A DNA stretch of 64,000 nt, from the NCBI GenBank assembly GCA_965637545.1, contig OZ281497.1, positions 19,778,001-19,842,000 of the forward strand, written 5' to 3'. Position numbers and translations under genes: made by a program. The stretch is from Phallusia mammillata (lineage: Eukaryota). Below are positions 12,982 to 25,400 of this stretch, piece after piece. Under the pieces are notes generated by a model that worked only from the letters and a program-made list of their open reading frames with translations, had not been told where the DNA came from and did not search any database. The number at the start of each line of letters is the position of its first letter. Position 1 is the first letter of the stretch.

Positions 12982-14146
12982 CCTAAGTTAACCTTCTAGT
13001 GTTTTGATATTGAGCAAATACAAATTGCCGTTTTTAGCGACTATAGACCCTAAAGTTTGACAAATACGAGTATTTGTATTGTACTTCAAAAGGACCTTCG
13101 TTGAACCCCTGATTCGGCGTTGCCGAACCCCTGGGGTTCGATCGAACCCCGGTTAAGAACCACTGGTATAGACCAAGGGCCAGTCATTTTTAACAATGGA
13201 CGGCTTGCACTGTGTAACACACACAAACTCTCATTTTAACGAAACCCACAAACGAAAACATATAAATGAAAATATCCTTTGTTTATCTTTCTATCAGTAA
13301 CGTGCAGTGAGATTGGTGAGGTACTGAAATCATTTTTTCTCTGCCATTTTGAAGGCTAACTTGACAAAAATTGTTTATTTAAAATATCCACCCCGTTGAG
13401 AAACCGAAACTAAATTCATTGCGACGTCACTAATGCATTCAACGCCAACAATCGCTCAATTCAAACCCAAGACCAAAAGACAAACTGCCCATAAAATATA
13501 ACGTTCGTCATAACACCCGAAACACTGCATCGAAACATTATTCATTTTGTAACAGGTTTTGTAGATATTGTTGCTTTGCCTGGTGTCTCATTGACATTTC
13601 ACGGAACAATGAGTAATCATTCATTGTTCAACAATTGAATATTTGCAACCATAATATTTATTTGTCACGTTAGGTGGCAGCATGGTATACTCACATGATA
13701 GTCCAGCTCCTCTTTTCCTCTCATTTCTTTTTTTATCATGCGCATTTCGGTTACGCATGACTAACACTGCACGTCGCTTGAAGTTTTGTACAAGGTAGGC
13801 TACGTGGTAAACAGCTACTTTTTAAAAGGCGCTGGCGACAAATCCGTGTCTGTTTCAAAGTTTTTTAGATATTGGGTTTATTGTTTAATGTATGTAGAGT
13901 CATTAAAACGTTTTTAGCTTTCAATTGTATGAGCTCTTTGAAGTGTATTTTTGAAAACTTATAGACAGGCATCTTTTTTGTAGGAATTGCTTTAAAATTG
14001 CGGCAATGAACCGAATTGGCGAGGCAAGGTTTTTCAGCTTGTTACTACACTAGCCAACATGGCCTATGTCGTGTCATCAGGTGCAATGATGAGAGCTTAC
14101 AGGTCAAAACAGTGAGCAGTATTTGCAGCTTACTTATCATCTATCT

Positions 14147-14453
14147 CAGTGGTTCCCTACCTTTTTGACCTTGCGGCACCCTATCAAAGAGATAAATAGT
14201 TTGCGGCACCCTGGCAAAACTGGATAAATCTTTTGAGGTTTCTGTATTTCAAATAACTGTATGAAATAAGGAGCCGGGAATAACTGCGAGACGCGAAACT
14301 TGATACGCACTGAAACTCGGTTAGAAATAAATAAATTCCGCACTTAACGGGTTAAAAATAAATAATGGACTGCAATATTGCAATATATCGCGGCACCCTT
14401 GACCACTTCAATTGGCACCCAGGGTGCCGCGGCACCCCGGTTGGGAACCACTG
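14147..14453. mobile_element. hAT MITE with ggcaccc subterminal repeats
   Basis: TIR CAGTGGTTCCC(T/A)ACC; perfect 8-bp TSD ATCTATCT (14139-14146, 14454-14461). Confidence 0.92.
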
Positions 14454-14608
14454 ATCTATCTATTGGCTTATTAATCATATTGCCATCACTTTAGTTCCCC
14501 AGCAGTTGCTTGGACATTTCAAAAAATCAGTTTTTTCTGTGGTTTATACCCATTTGTGGTGTTGAACACAATTGGTGAGGCATTAATGTTCTGCCTGTTA
14601 CTCCCAAC

Positions 14609-14838
14609 AAACTGGAGGGCCTTTAGATGGCTACACAAACCAATTTGACATATGAATAAACTGTTGCTGCCAGGCATAATGTATCAACAATTTTTTTGCT
14701 CTGCCAACAGTCTTTGTTATAATATGCCCACCTTTCGATGCCCCATGCTGGAAGAGCTAAAAATTTTGTTTATACATTATGCATGGCAGCAACAGTTTAT
14801 TCACATGTCATATTGGTTAGTGTAGCCATCTAATGGCC
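14609..14838. mobile_element. Long-inverted-repeat (foldback) element, ATGGCTACAC family
   Basis: ~85-90-bp imperfect arms (ggcctttagatggctacacaaaccaatttgacatatgaataaactgttgctgcca.. vs ..tggcagcaacagtttattcacatgtcatattggttagtgtagccatctaatggcc) around a ~60-bp spacer; related pieces at 10326-10592 and ~14040-14135. Confidence 0.7.
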
Positions 14839-15415
14839 TTGCAGTATGGCTCGCCTAAGCCACGACGGAAACCTGCTATTGGTCCCAGTGTCAGCAGTAA
14901 GTCACCACAACCTGCCGACTCACAAACAATTAAACCAGCTCTGTAAATAGCTGCAGCCTCCGGTGAAGACATGACGGGAACCTGCGAAATGTCCATCAGG
15001 CATTTGACCAACGATGAAGTTTATTATGTCGTACGATGCCTGTTGATAGAGGGGCAACACAAGCTCCAAATCAAGCTTCGCACGTCATTCAAATGTTTGG
15101 CGACTCGGAGATTTGGGACGCAGGTGACATGAACAGCAACCAATCATGTGTCGCTTTGTCGGCCGATGGACCCCGCAAACTTTCGGCCTTCGCCAACATA
15201 TCCGGTGGTTCGTCAAGTGATAAACACCAGTCGCCTCTTTCGCAGGAACCAAACAACTACGAGAACGAGCCAACGGGAAGAAGCAAGGAGTTTTGCTGGG
15301 ACAGGAGCAGCAACATTGGCAAGAGCGCGAAATGCAGTTGGATACTTTCTTTCCCCACGCCCTTTGTCTACTTCTATGGGTGCTACCCAACACAATGATT
15401 TGGCGTATTATGACT
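14839..15415 (+). pseudogene. Second degraded copy of the start of the orphan gene's giant exon
   Basis: EDMTGTCEMSIRHLTNDEVYYVVR and QAPNQASHVIQMFGDSEIWDAGDM..EPTGRSKEFCWDRS match 21487-22140, with a large internal deletion and divergence after ~22140. Confidence 0.85.
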
Positions 15416-15483
15416 GTAGACAGAGTATTATAGCTTGTATTTTATTTGGATTCGCATGAAATATAATATACTTGAGAAAAAAA

Positions 15484-17401
15484 TTAGAGACACAGTTTGT
15501 CTTTGGGGTAAATGAGACAGTGGAAAGATAGAAGCCTCGTTGGGTCTTGCTTTTCGTCAAACTTTGCTTTGTCTTTGCTCAGACTAATTCGATTGTGGTT
15601 CTTGTAGCTGAGCGAAATCTACAGCAAAATTACACGACAGTTTAACACAACTATTTAAAATTATGTTAATTTATTCAAAAATAAGACAAATTGTGCCACA
15701 TTTCCTGAGTAAATGCAACATTGCTTGAATCTTTATTTTCCGATTACAAACATGCTTATGTTTTGCCACTGTTTATTATTGGACGTTTTGTCCGAAGCCT
15801 AACCACAACATGTGTCATCACAGCAAACAACCCGTAACTACAAATAAAGAGGTAAATAACCATGGAAAACATACAAAAACACAACAATCGTTTTTTTGAA
15901 AAATATTCACACCTGTTCGTGTAACGTCTCCTCTGTCAAATTTTTTAATCTTTCCCAATGCGAGTGAAATAAAACTGATTCTGTCAAGCTGACGTTGAGA
16001 AGATGAGTGACGATGAAACCTACTGCGCAGTCGTCGGTCAGGTGAAAATCTTCGCAAGTTTGCATAAATTTTCCTTCCCTGTAAATGCAACTTCTTTAAA
16101 GCAATTGAAAGCATACTTAACTCCAATCAAGTGAAGTTGAATAACCAACAAAGTTAACCTACCCAATCCACGGTGTCATCTGTTTGGCCAACACAGTAGT
16201 CATACAGAATCCACTTCCACCATGGGCAAATTGATACGGATATTTTGTGCCATTTATTCTTGCCTACAGAAGAGCGAGAATTGAAATTCTTATGCATCTG
16301 AGCAAACTGTTTCAAAATCCAAAAACTAAGCTTCTCATACACAAATATAATATTTTTGTTGCTTTTAAACCCGTAACAGTTTAGCATTTGAATCGCGATC
16401 TTTTAATTATTTCCGTAAAGGAATTCCAGAACGATTCAATTTTTGTTTTTAATTTTTTTTTGCAAAGACTAAACACAAAAACTTGTGTTAGCCTCTCTGG
16501 TCCAGGGATTTGATTCAAATCCCAACAATACCTTGTAGGAATCGACAGTCCTTCTTCCTATGTACCAAGGTTTTCTCCAGTCGTATTTTCGTAGCAGCTT
16601 TTCAAGGTTTCTGACGTTGACGTAATCGTCGTCATCGAAATGGCACCACCACCTTCGTAAGCATGCAAAGTTATGATCCAATTTTATTTTCATCAGAAGT
16701 TTGAAGGCTAAGTTATACCTTGAGGCTTGTTGTGTTGCCAAAAGGGAGAATTCGTAATCGAGTTTGCAGCAAAGATCAGCCCTGCATTGCGTGAAATTCG
16801 TTTAAAACATATGTATAGATTCCGTCGTTACCTGATTCTTGATTCAACGATCATTTTCAACTTACCTAGCGTGGGTCGTAGGGCAATTTGTGGAAACCAG
16901 GCGATGACCTTAAGAATTACAAACACAACTTAGCTGCTACAGAATATCAAGTGATGCATTACATTTAATACAGCTGGTTAATGGAGGACATAAAACTATT
17001 ACCGTAGGCTTTCAAGACGCACCTGTTCTTTTATCATATTCTTTGTCTCCTTCATCGCTGATAAAGAATACCTTCACAATTATGATCGAAGTTAGCATAA
17101 TAGTACAGGACGTTTTTTGTGGTTGAGTTGTACTCACGTTGTTCTTGACCTTTTGAAACCACGTCTTTAACACTACGTCAAGTCGACTATCGTAAAACTT
17201 CTTGCTTGTTTTTACGGTGTAGAAAATGAAGTTTATGTTGGGTGTCTTCGGGTGCCCTTTGAAGATCACATGCTGGTAACGATCTTTCTGCTCATAATAT
17301 CGCCCAGTGCCCAACAGACAAAGGACTGTGGCAATTACCATAAACAACAAGATGGCTTGACGTTTTAAGGGCTGACAGATCTCCATCTTGCCTGGGGTCA
17401 T
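15484..17401 (-). CDS. fng: Fringe-family beta-1,3-N-acetylglucosaminyltransferase, copy 2
   Basis: Same eight-exon structure as copy 1: 17401(or 17386)-17138, 17071-17023, GHRLVSTNCPTTHAR, ADLCCKLDYEF, WWCHFDDDDYVN, FAHGGSGFC, LTDDCAVG..HSHWE, and 15618-15484 terminal exon. Frame intact. Confidence 0.92.
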
Positions 17402-19428
17402 ATCGTTGTAAGCAATCCACGGACTGTTATTTGTGGCTATTAGGCCGGTACATTTTAAGAAAGTACTCAAAGACCTTTGCTGTGGTGAAAACTTACATTG
17501 TTAGAATGCCTGTTGAAACAAACAAAAACCGAAAACGTTTTCTAAATAAATTTTCTGACTGTACAATAAAGCGTGTTTGCAATCCAAACTGTCAAACAAG
17601 GTAAGATGTAACTTACGTGCTGGTTTTACTTTTAGTGTACAATTTATTACCTCCACGTTACTAATGCTAAACCAGCATTATTATGGTAAGTAGCATTTAA
17701 AAGACATGTAACACATTTGAAATACTTACAAAAAAGGTTTACATTGAATTAAGTAGAAATCGCTTCGATATTACTACTTCATAACGTAGTCGGCTATTGC
17801 ACAGTCAAGCATTTTGTTCAAATTTGTGAATATATCCGAGGTGTCACATCCATATGCCGTGTCTAGCTGTCTTGTTTTATATCTGACACACTATTCTTAT
17901 TCAGTATCGTACAGACTCATATCTCCCCAACTAAAAACTTTTTAGGTTGGTTGTACTTTTTCCTCATTTTCAAGATCTGATGCTCCAAGATGACTCGATA
18001 AACTGCCATAGTGGTCTTTTGTTTACTTGTCCAATCACACGTCCAAGTTGCGTGAAAGTCAAACGACTCTTTGAAACCTTTCTGTTCAAGAAATTGGAGA
18101 TCTGTGTTCAACGTTGCACATATACCGCGACACATTGCCTCAGGGCTTGCTAGGAGGTTCTTCACCTGTGAAATGCACATTTGTAACCCGTAATGGCTTA
18201 CTGCAAGAAGGTTTATGTTTACATTAGTTCCATACAAATTCCTGCGAAACAATTAGTTGCGGTTTATTGTACACCGGCACCCCATGTTCACTTGACCTTG
18301 GCATAAGATTTGTTTCCAAGCGCGTGTCTGCCAATGTAATTAAGTGTCCCGCGTTGAAATCGTATTATTGCAGTTTTTCGTGTGATGAATATGTTTCACC
18401 CGTTCTGTGTTATAGAAGGTTTTGCGTTTTCAGGTATTATCCACACTGGACACACGCTACAGTTTCTGCTGTTCTATCCGGGTTACGATTTCGGACGACA
18501 TTTTCGCTACTTTACAACAGATTTTCACATTTTTGGTCCAAGTTCAAGTACGACTTTAATGCTGAAATCCAAGTTCGCTGAATGTTTTCTACACTTTTAG
18601 AACACAAATCAGAATTCGACCACTTTTTATCGGTTAACCCAGAATCCACCATATGGTAAAGTAGCAATATTTAATTTTAAAACTTTCGTATTTTACGAAA
18701 TTAAAACATTAGCAACAGATTTGTCAAACAAAAAATAAATTAAACTTAAATCAGTCCTGTTTTGTGAAAACAAGTCCAAGTCCAATGTTATGGGTAAAAA
18801 AAAATCAAGTTAAAAAAATCAGTATTTGGGATACGCTTGATTAAACAGGCTTTAAATCAAACTGAATTCGAACGCAACCTGATCACTAACAAGTTTTTCC
18901 AGGGGCTGTAGGCAGCTTTATTTCTCCAAGTCCGTGCACGCATACAGTACATTTAGTATCCTTGTTTTGTTATTTGAGTTATTCACGTTTTCTTCACTTT
19001 TTGTTTACGGGAAGCAGGTGAGTTGATCAGATTTTGTTTTTCAGCCTAATTATTTTAGAATTAAGTTTGTTTTTTATTGGATTGTTTTGGTGCAGACAGT
19101 TTCATAAAGCATAAAGAAAGAAAATTTGGTAAAGTGTTTTTGATAAGAGAGGTTAAAACTATAAAATATCTATATAATTTGTATATAACTGTGTATTGAA
19201 ATCATAGTAACTCATAATTAAAATAATACATACAATAATTCGTTTAATAATCATAAATATTGCTAACTTGCAGAAGTGGCAGTTTATGTTGAAACAATGA
19301 AACACTTATTCTCACTTATTATCAACAATAATTATGCATTAGCAAAAAAAGTTTTATACAAGGGTCAAATCCAAATCTGAAACGAGCAGAAGTTTATTTG
19401 TGTCATGTTATATATTGTACTAGTGCAA

Positions 19429-22400
19429 ATGAATCGAAGGCAATTCTATCCACCAAGAAATACGTTTCCCGGGTTGCTACCCCCCTCCTATTTGTCTACA
19501 CCCCCACTTTCATTTTACCCCCAGCAGTATCCAGTTGCCCCGATGAGCACCGCCCCCATGATTGCACAACACGGTAAATGCAATTAAACTCATCAAAATT
19601 TGTTTCTGAGCTATTTTTTGTTGTCACGCACTAGATCTAACATTTATGTTCTAAAACCTTTGGTCTATGTAATTCGCCTAATTTTGTCTGGTTACAAATT
19701 CAACAAACACTTTCTTTATTAAATTATAAACATAAATGCCAGAGAACTTTCAAGCTCAGTTGACAACCTGCACTCATGATGACAAAATCGATTGTCTTAA
19801 CGTCTGCAAGATATATTCTATATACACAAGTTTTCTGGCAGTTATGTTTTTAACCAAATTACTTTTTAAGTCCGTGTATGGAGTTCCTAATTAAACGTAA
19901 GAAATATTTCTGATTTAATGTGTATTATAACACAAGGGCGTTGACAATTATAGATTTCTGTCCAATGTGCGTGAGAATGCCGGTTATGTCACCATACCAG
20001 CAATGTCCGCAGTATATGTACTACTCCGGTATGCCAATGGCTGGACCGGATCTCTGCAGAATTTTGCCTGGTGCCAGTTACGTGCCAGCAGCACCCAGTG
20101 CGATGCCTTACCCTCCCAATATGCAGGTTCCATTAGGTAAGTGATTTACACGTCTTCCAACTACTCAATCAATTAACAAGACTTAAAACGTCAGCAGGTA
20201 TGTCTCTGTTGAGACAAACTGGTGGATTGCCGCCTGATCCCGGCCCTCAAGCCTTTGGTGCGTCGCGTTCAAATGGAAATCGGTTCCCAAACACTAACTT
20301 GGATACAGGAGCTAACGAATGCACGCAAGGTATAGTGTTGATTGGTTTTGACCTAATGTAATCAACTTGCGTTTAAAGATTTTTTTAGATATAAAACATT
20401 TGCCTCGCACGTAAACATGTGAAAAGAGATCTCACAACTTCCTGTAGCCTAAACCACAGCGCGAGTTAAAAAAAAGCGTTTCCACCCCTACAGTATTAAA
20501 TGTCAAACTCATTTCGACTCTTAGCGGGCCTATGTTGTGGCAAATTAAAGTTTTGGTTTGAATGTATGACATGACAGCGTCAAGTTAACGGTATCGCCGA
20601 CAAGGGTTACAAACATATTGCATACAGATGGGCGCCAAACGACAAGAAGCAGAAGCAACTTGCGAGGAAGAGGCAGCAGAACTCAGAATCGAACAAGGAA
20701 TTCTAATTTCAGCCAAAGTCGAAATACTTCAATTGCAGCATCAAAAATTAAGCAGCGGTATTCTATATATCGCAAGCAAACAAACAGCAGAAGCAAATCT
20801 AAAGAAGTAAATTAACAAATGTGAAACTCTTGCATGTTTGAGTAGAATTGTCTAAATTTTATTCCTGTTAGAAAGACCACACTCGATCAGGAGATCAGGC
20901 GATGCCATCTGTTGAACCGGTGGAATTAAGCAGCATTGCGTGCATTGAAGAAGGTCGAGGTAAACAAAGCAAAGCAATATTAGTATGTTGCCATCTAAAA
21001 CATATAGCTAAATTGTTAGCAATTACAACCAGATACTGACTACGATAGCTGGGAAGAGGTTGAAAACGAAGACGTCCCTGTCACAAATGCTTCCACTTGG
21101 TTGGACGACACCCGTATGGTGATGGAAGCACCTGCATTAACCAACAGACACAAGCATATTGGAGCTCATTCCAAACGTATGTTTTTCCCAAATATAAATT
21201 CTGTACAATGTACATCTATATTTTTGTATTTGATCTCACTTTCTAAGTTGTTTTATATCTAATGAAGTAATTTAACGATGTTTTTTCCCAACATGATTTA
21301 TATTCAGAAACTACGAAGGGGCGACTACCGATGGACTACACCCTGATCAATGATAAGACATTTTCCTACGTCAACTACAATCCGGAAATGGTGCCACTCA
21401 AGCTTGACAAGATGTGGATACACGTAATAGCACTTACTTACCAAAACAACGAACCAACGTAAATCAAAACTGTTTATATTTTGCAGAGTGGCTCGCCTAA
21501 GCCACAAAGAAAATCCGCTGTTGGTCCTACTGTCAGCGGTACGTCACCACAGCGAGCAGACTCGGCGTTAAAAACAATCAAACCAGCTCTGTGCATCGCT
21601 GCAGCCTCCGGTGAAGACACGACGGGAACCTGCGAAATGTCCATTAGGCATTTGACCAACGATGAAGTTTATTATGTCGTACGACCTAAAGCCAAACCCT
21701 GCAATGAAAACAACAAAACAGACGCTGCATCAAAAAGCTGCCAAGGCTGCAACCACGTTCCGAAATGTGCCACTTGTTGCTGTACAGTTAGTAGGTCGCT
21801 TGTTGATAGAGGAGTAATGCAAGCTCCAAATCAAGCTTCGCAAGTCATTCAAATGTTTGGCGACTCGGAGATTTGGGACGCAGGTGACATGAACAACAAG
21901 CAAACACCTGTTGCTTTGCCAGGGGCTGAACCCCGTGCGCGAAGACTTTCGGCCTTCGCCAACATATCCGGTGGTTCGTCAAGCGATAAACACCAGTCGC
22001 CTCTTCCACTGGATCCAAACAACAACAACAACAACGAGAACGAACCGACGGAAAGAAGCAAGGAGTTCTGGTGGGACAGGAGCACTGACATCGGTTACCG
22101 CGAAAGAGGGAGAAATGTTGAACACTTTATTCATCCCACAACTTTAGGCGAGGATGAGCTTGATGACACCAGAATATCTGGGGCTTTTATTCAGGAGGTT
22201 GATGATTTTGTCGTGGTAGACACTGCTCCTAAAGCCTCCACTACACAGGCAATTGATGTCAATAACAACGAATCTGATAATAAAAACCAACAAGATTCTT
22301 TGATGATTGAAGAAGGGAATGCTTCCCAGGACAGACGGAAACTGGACGTTGACTGGAATTCAATACGTTCCGTTGTACCAAAAGAATATGCAACAAGGTC

Positions 22401-25400
22401 GTACACACAAGAAGGTACGGCAGAGGTGTACGACTTTGACAGTACTCTGGGATTAGTATCATGCCCTGGAGATGAATCAGTCAGACTTGCAACATCAAAA
22501 CACTCAGCAACATCGTCCAATGGGCATAGACCGATATCTGAACAGGACAACGCCATTGTCGCATTTGTGGAACGCCCTGGTGGTCCAGACGGGCGCTGTG
22601 AAAATGAATCATCAACATCCAGCCTTACAATCAGCTTGTCGCCTTCGGAAGAAATTCCACAGGTCGTTAACACATCTACAAGGCACGTCGAAGCTAGGAG
22701 AGTGACTACGCCGAGTTCTAAGGTACGTCCAGTTAAGAACTGGGGAAAACACGACGTGCGTTTGCTCTTGATCGCCACAACGGGATCAAGTTCTCCTTCA
22801 TCGACCACCACTTGGTGTCCTCCGTCAGCAAGCACGCCGTCCTTTTCAACCACAACCTCAGTCCATCCACACCTCGTCACTGGAAGAACTGTGAAGAGCA
22901 CAGCAAACGAAAAACTGCAATCGATTCAGTCGCAAAAACAGGCAAGGTCTTTGCCCTCCAGTCCAAAGGGGCGGTTGTTTCATCTAAGTGCAAACAAACA
23001 CAGAAGCATGGCAGCTAGTGCTGAGTGTATACCGGCGGTGTTGCAGCAAAATCAACAGTGGAACACCATCACAGAAACTCCAGATCGCGAGTTACAGATT
23101 GATTGCCAAGATTTTAATAAACCTTCAGCGGCAGATAGATACGATCGGCGTCGTACTGATTCGCCAGATTTTTGGAGAAAGCCTTCCGAAAACCGTCACA
23201 AAACTTATCTTCTAACTCCCGCATCTTCAGAGCTGCTGGCTCAATCACCAACAAAGGACACCCAAGCAGACCAAAATGTGGAAGCTGTAGCGGCTATATC
23301 TAAGTACGGTAACGATGCTACAGCAACTTTGACAATTAAACCTATTCATCAATCCCGAGCTTCGGGTATTCCGCGCCCAAAGAAGAGCAAAGCGCCTCAA
23401 CACGTTCATCATTCAGACCAACATGAACGTATTACAGCAAAGCCAATCACAGATACAGACAGACCTGCTGTCATTGCGCAAGAAACAACACAGCAGGGTA
23501 AAAGCCTTTTGTCAGGTACTGCTTCAACCTCGCCAACCAGCTCTCACACCGTCACCCCGGCAACCACACCAGAATTTGGTCGTTTGGGACCAACAGGTTC
23601 AAAAACTGTGGTGAAGACTAAACGGCGAAGCAGTGCTTCATCACGCAACAAGCGCGGGGCAAGAAAAACTATTATAACATCGGTTAACGCTTCCGAAAAA
23701 ACATCAAAGAAGACCGACAAGGTTAAGCGCGCGCCAACGCCTGCAGAAAGAAACAAAACCAAGGAAAAGTTTTTCGTTCCTGCTAAACCAACAACTGGAA
23801 GCTACAGAGAACCTGCAAGTCGGCATCAAAAATTGTCACTTTCAAATCGAGTTGTAAGTGGCCGAGCTCCTACTCGTCGTTCGCCGCGGACAGCGCGGTC
23901 AACTTTGTCCACAAAACACATTTCCACAGAGAAGGCGTCTAAAGAACCACCAACCAAGCCCGAGAAATCAGCCGCATCACAAAGAGCCATGCTGCGTTCC
24001 GAGTTAGCTCGAGTGTTTGCTGCACACGAACATGCCCAGCCACCAGCGGTCAAACATACCACCGGTTCTCATTTGCCCGATAAAAGCAACAAAACCAAGA
24101 GACCTAAAAATACAGTGTCTACTCAACAAACTTCTGTTGAAAACCAACCTGATGTCGCGTTACCAACTTCCACTTCTACTGTCACGTGCGTTCTGGACAC
24201 AAGCGACGTTGAAGACGTCACTCACGGTCACGTGCATTCGTCCATACAGACAATCGTTCACAAGTTGGTGAAACAAACCACTTCACATCACGACAAACCT
24301 GTCTGCTCGCCATCGTTGGCGGCGCTACGTGAAAAGGGTTTGTACCGATTCCAGGCAGAAATCTACCAAACAGTCGTGGACACGTCTTCTGCAAGGGTCA
24401 CCACGGTTCAAAAACGCGCAAGCACCGCCCCCAATTCGCCAATACATAACTCGACTCTTGCAAGTAGCAAAAGAAGCGTTAGTCTGTCTGATGTATTTTA
24501 CGACTCCACTGTTGATCCTTCTCTCTCCGTTTGGCATACCAAGTTACAAGAAGATCAGGACATCTCAAGTAGTTTTATAGGTCTTCTTTCTCATCAGGAT
24601 CATGAAGTTGATTCCAGTGTAAATCAATCCGCGTCGGCTGAACACCCAGATGAGCCTCAGTCAATAGTGCAACGGTTTCGGGACATTCATGGCAAAGGAT
24701 CTACTTACGTTGGCTTCAGCCCTCCTACAATGACGCCACCCGAAAAGTTTTTGTCACCCCAGAAGCGTGTAAATGAAGACTCACTGATATATCAAGCCAA
24801 TAATGATAGGCCTTCCCTTCCGGAAGAACCCTTGGTTGATGAGAATCTGAAGTCAATGGATGATACCCGGTCTTCTCGTGTTTTGAGCGAGGATCTTGAA
24901 AACGAAATTCGCAAGAAGGTTGAAATACTTCTGCACTCGGTCAAAGAAGATTCGTTACAGAGTAATCGCGGATGCTCAAGTTTTACGGCTAATTCGGAGA
25001 AAAAGGCCAGTGTTGGATCTGCGCGAGGACGAAAGAAATCTTTAGATCAATCGACACAAACCAGCGACCTTAAAGATCAAGGCAGCCCCAATACGGCCCA
25101 ACAGTCAAGCTTAAAGTTAAGCGTCCCTCCAAAGAAACCTCCTAGGAGCAACAGTCCAAGCAATCTGAGCAACCGAATAGCTAGTCAAGAATTGCAACAA
25201 ACAAAAACGGTTGTAACAACAACTGCAACTAGTACCGTTAACGGTTCACCGATCGTTCCATACTATCCGCTTTTGACCAGTTTCTCCCGCTTTTCCCCGC
25301 ACAGACATCCGCATTTTCTGTCTCCGACGTTTATTCCGGTCAACATAAGTCAGCAGTTTTACCGTGCACCGGGTGTAGCGTGGCCCAACGTGTCCACTCA

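Larger units (their letters stand above)
11566..13165. mobile_element. hAT MITE with gaacccc subterminal repeats
   Basis: TIR CAGTGGTTCTTAACC / GGTTAAGAACCACTG; perfect 8-bp TSD GTATAGAC (11558-11565, 13166-13173). Confidence 0.92.
11336..13665. mobile_element. Outer hAT-type non-autonomous element (right end missing), host of nested MITEs
   Basis: Starts CAGGGGTGGCCAACC. Segments 11336-11565 and 13174-~13665 align with the intact family member at 11607-12572; no right TIR was found. Confidence 0.7.
11005..18344. repeat. Tandem segmental duplication unit 2 (expanded by a TE cluster)
   Basis: Collinear with 6895-11004 apart from the insertions at 11336-14838. Confidence 0.85.

Noticed and set aside
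17917-18252. LQFLEQKG..WTCD..VILEH resembling a hAT/Buster transposase segment
   Set aside because: Similarity too weak, the frame is not preserved in the paralogous 10640-10850 block, and no catalytic motifs are visible.
18956-18964. U12-type donor-like GTATCCTTG
   Set aside because: No matching U12 branch site identified; a standard GTGAGT donor follows at ~19018.
22191-22901. 236-aa minus-strand ORF and other ORFs overlapping the giant exons
   Set aside because: Antisense or alternate-frame shadows of long low-complexity coding exons; no independent motifs.
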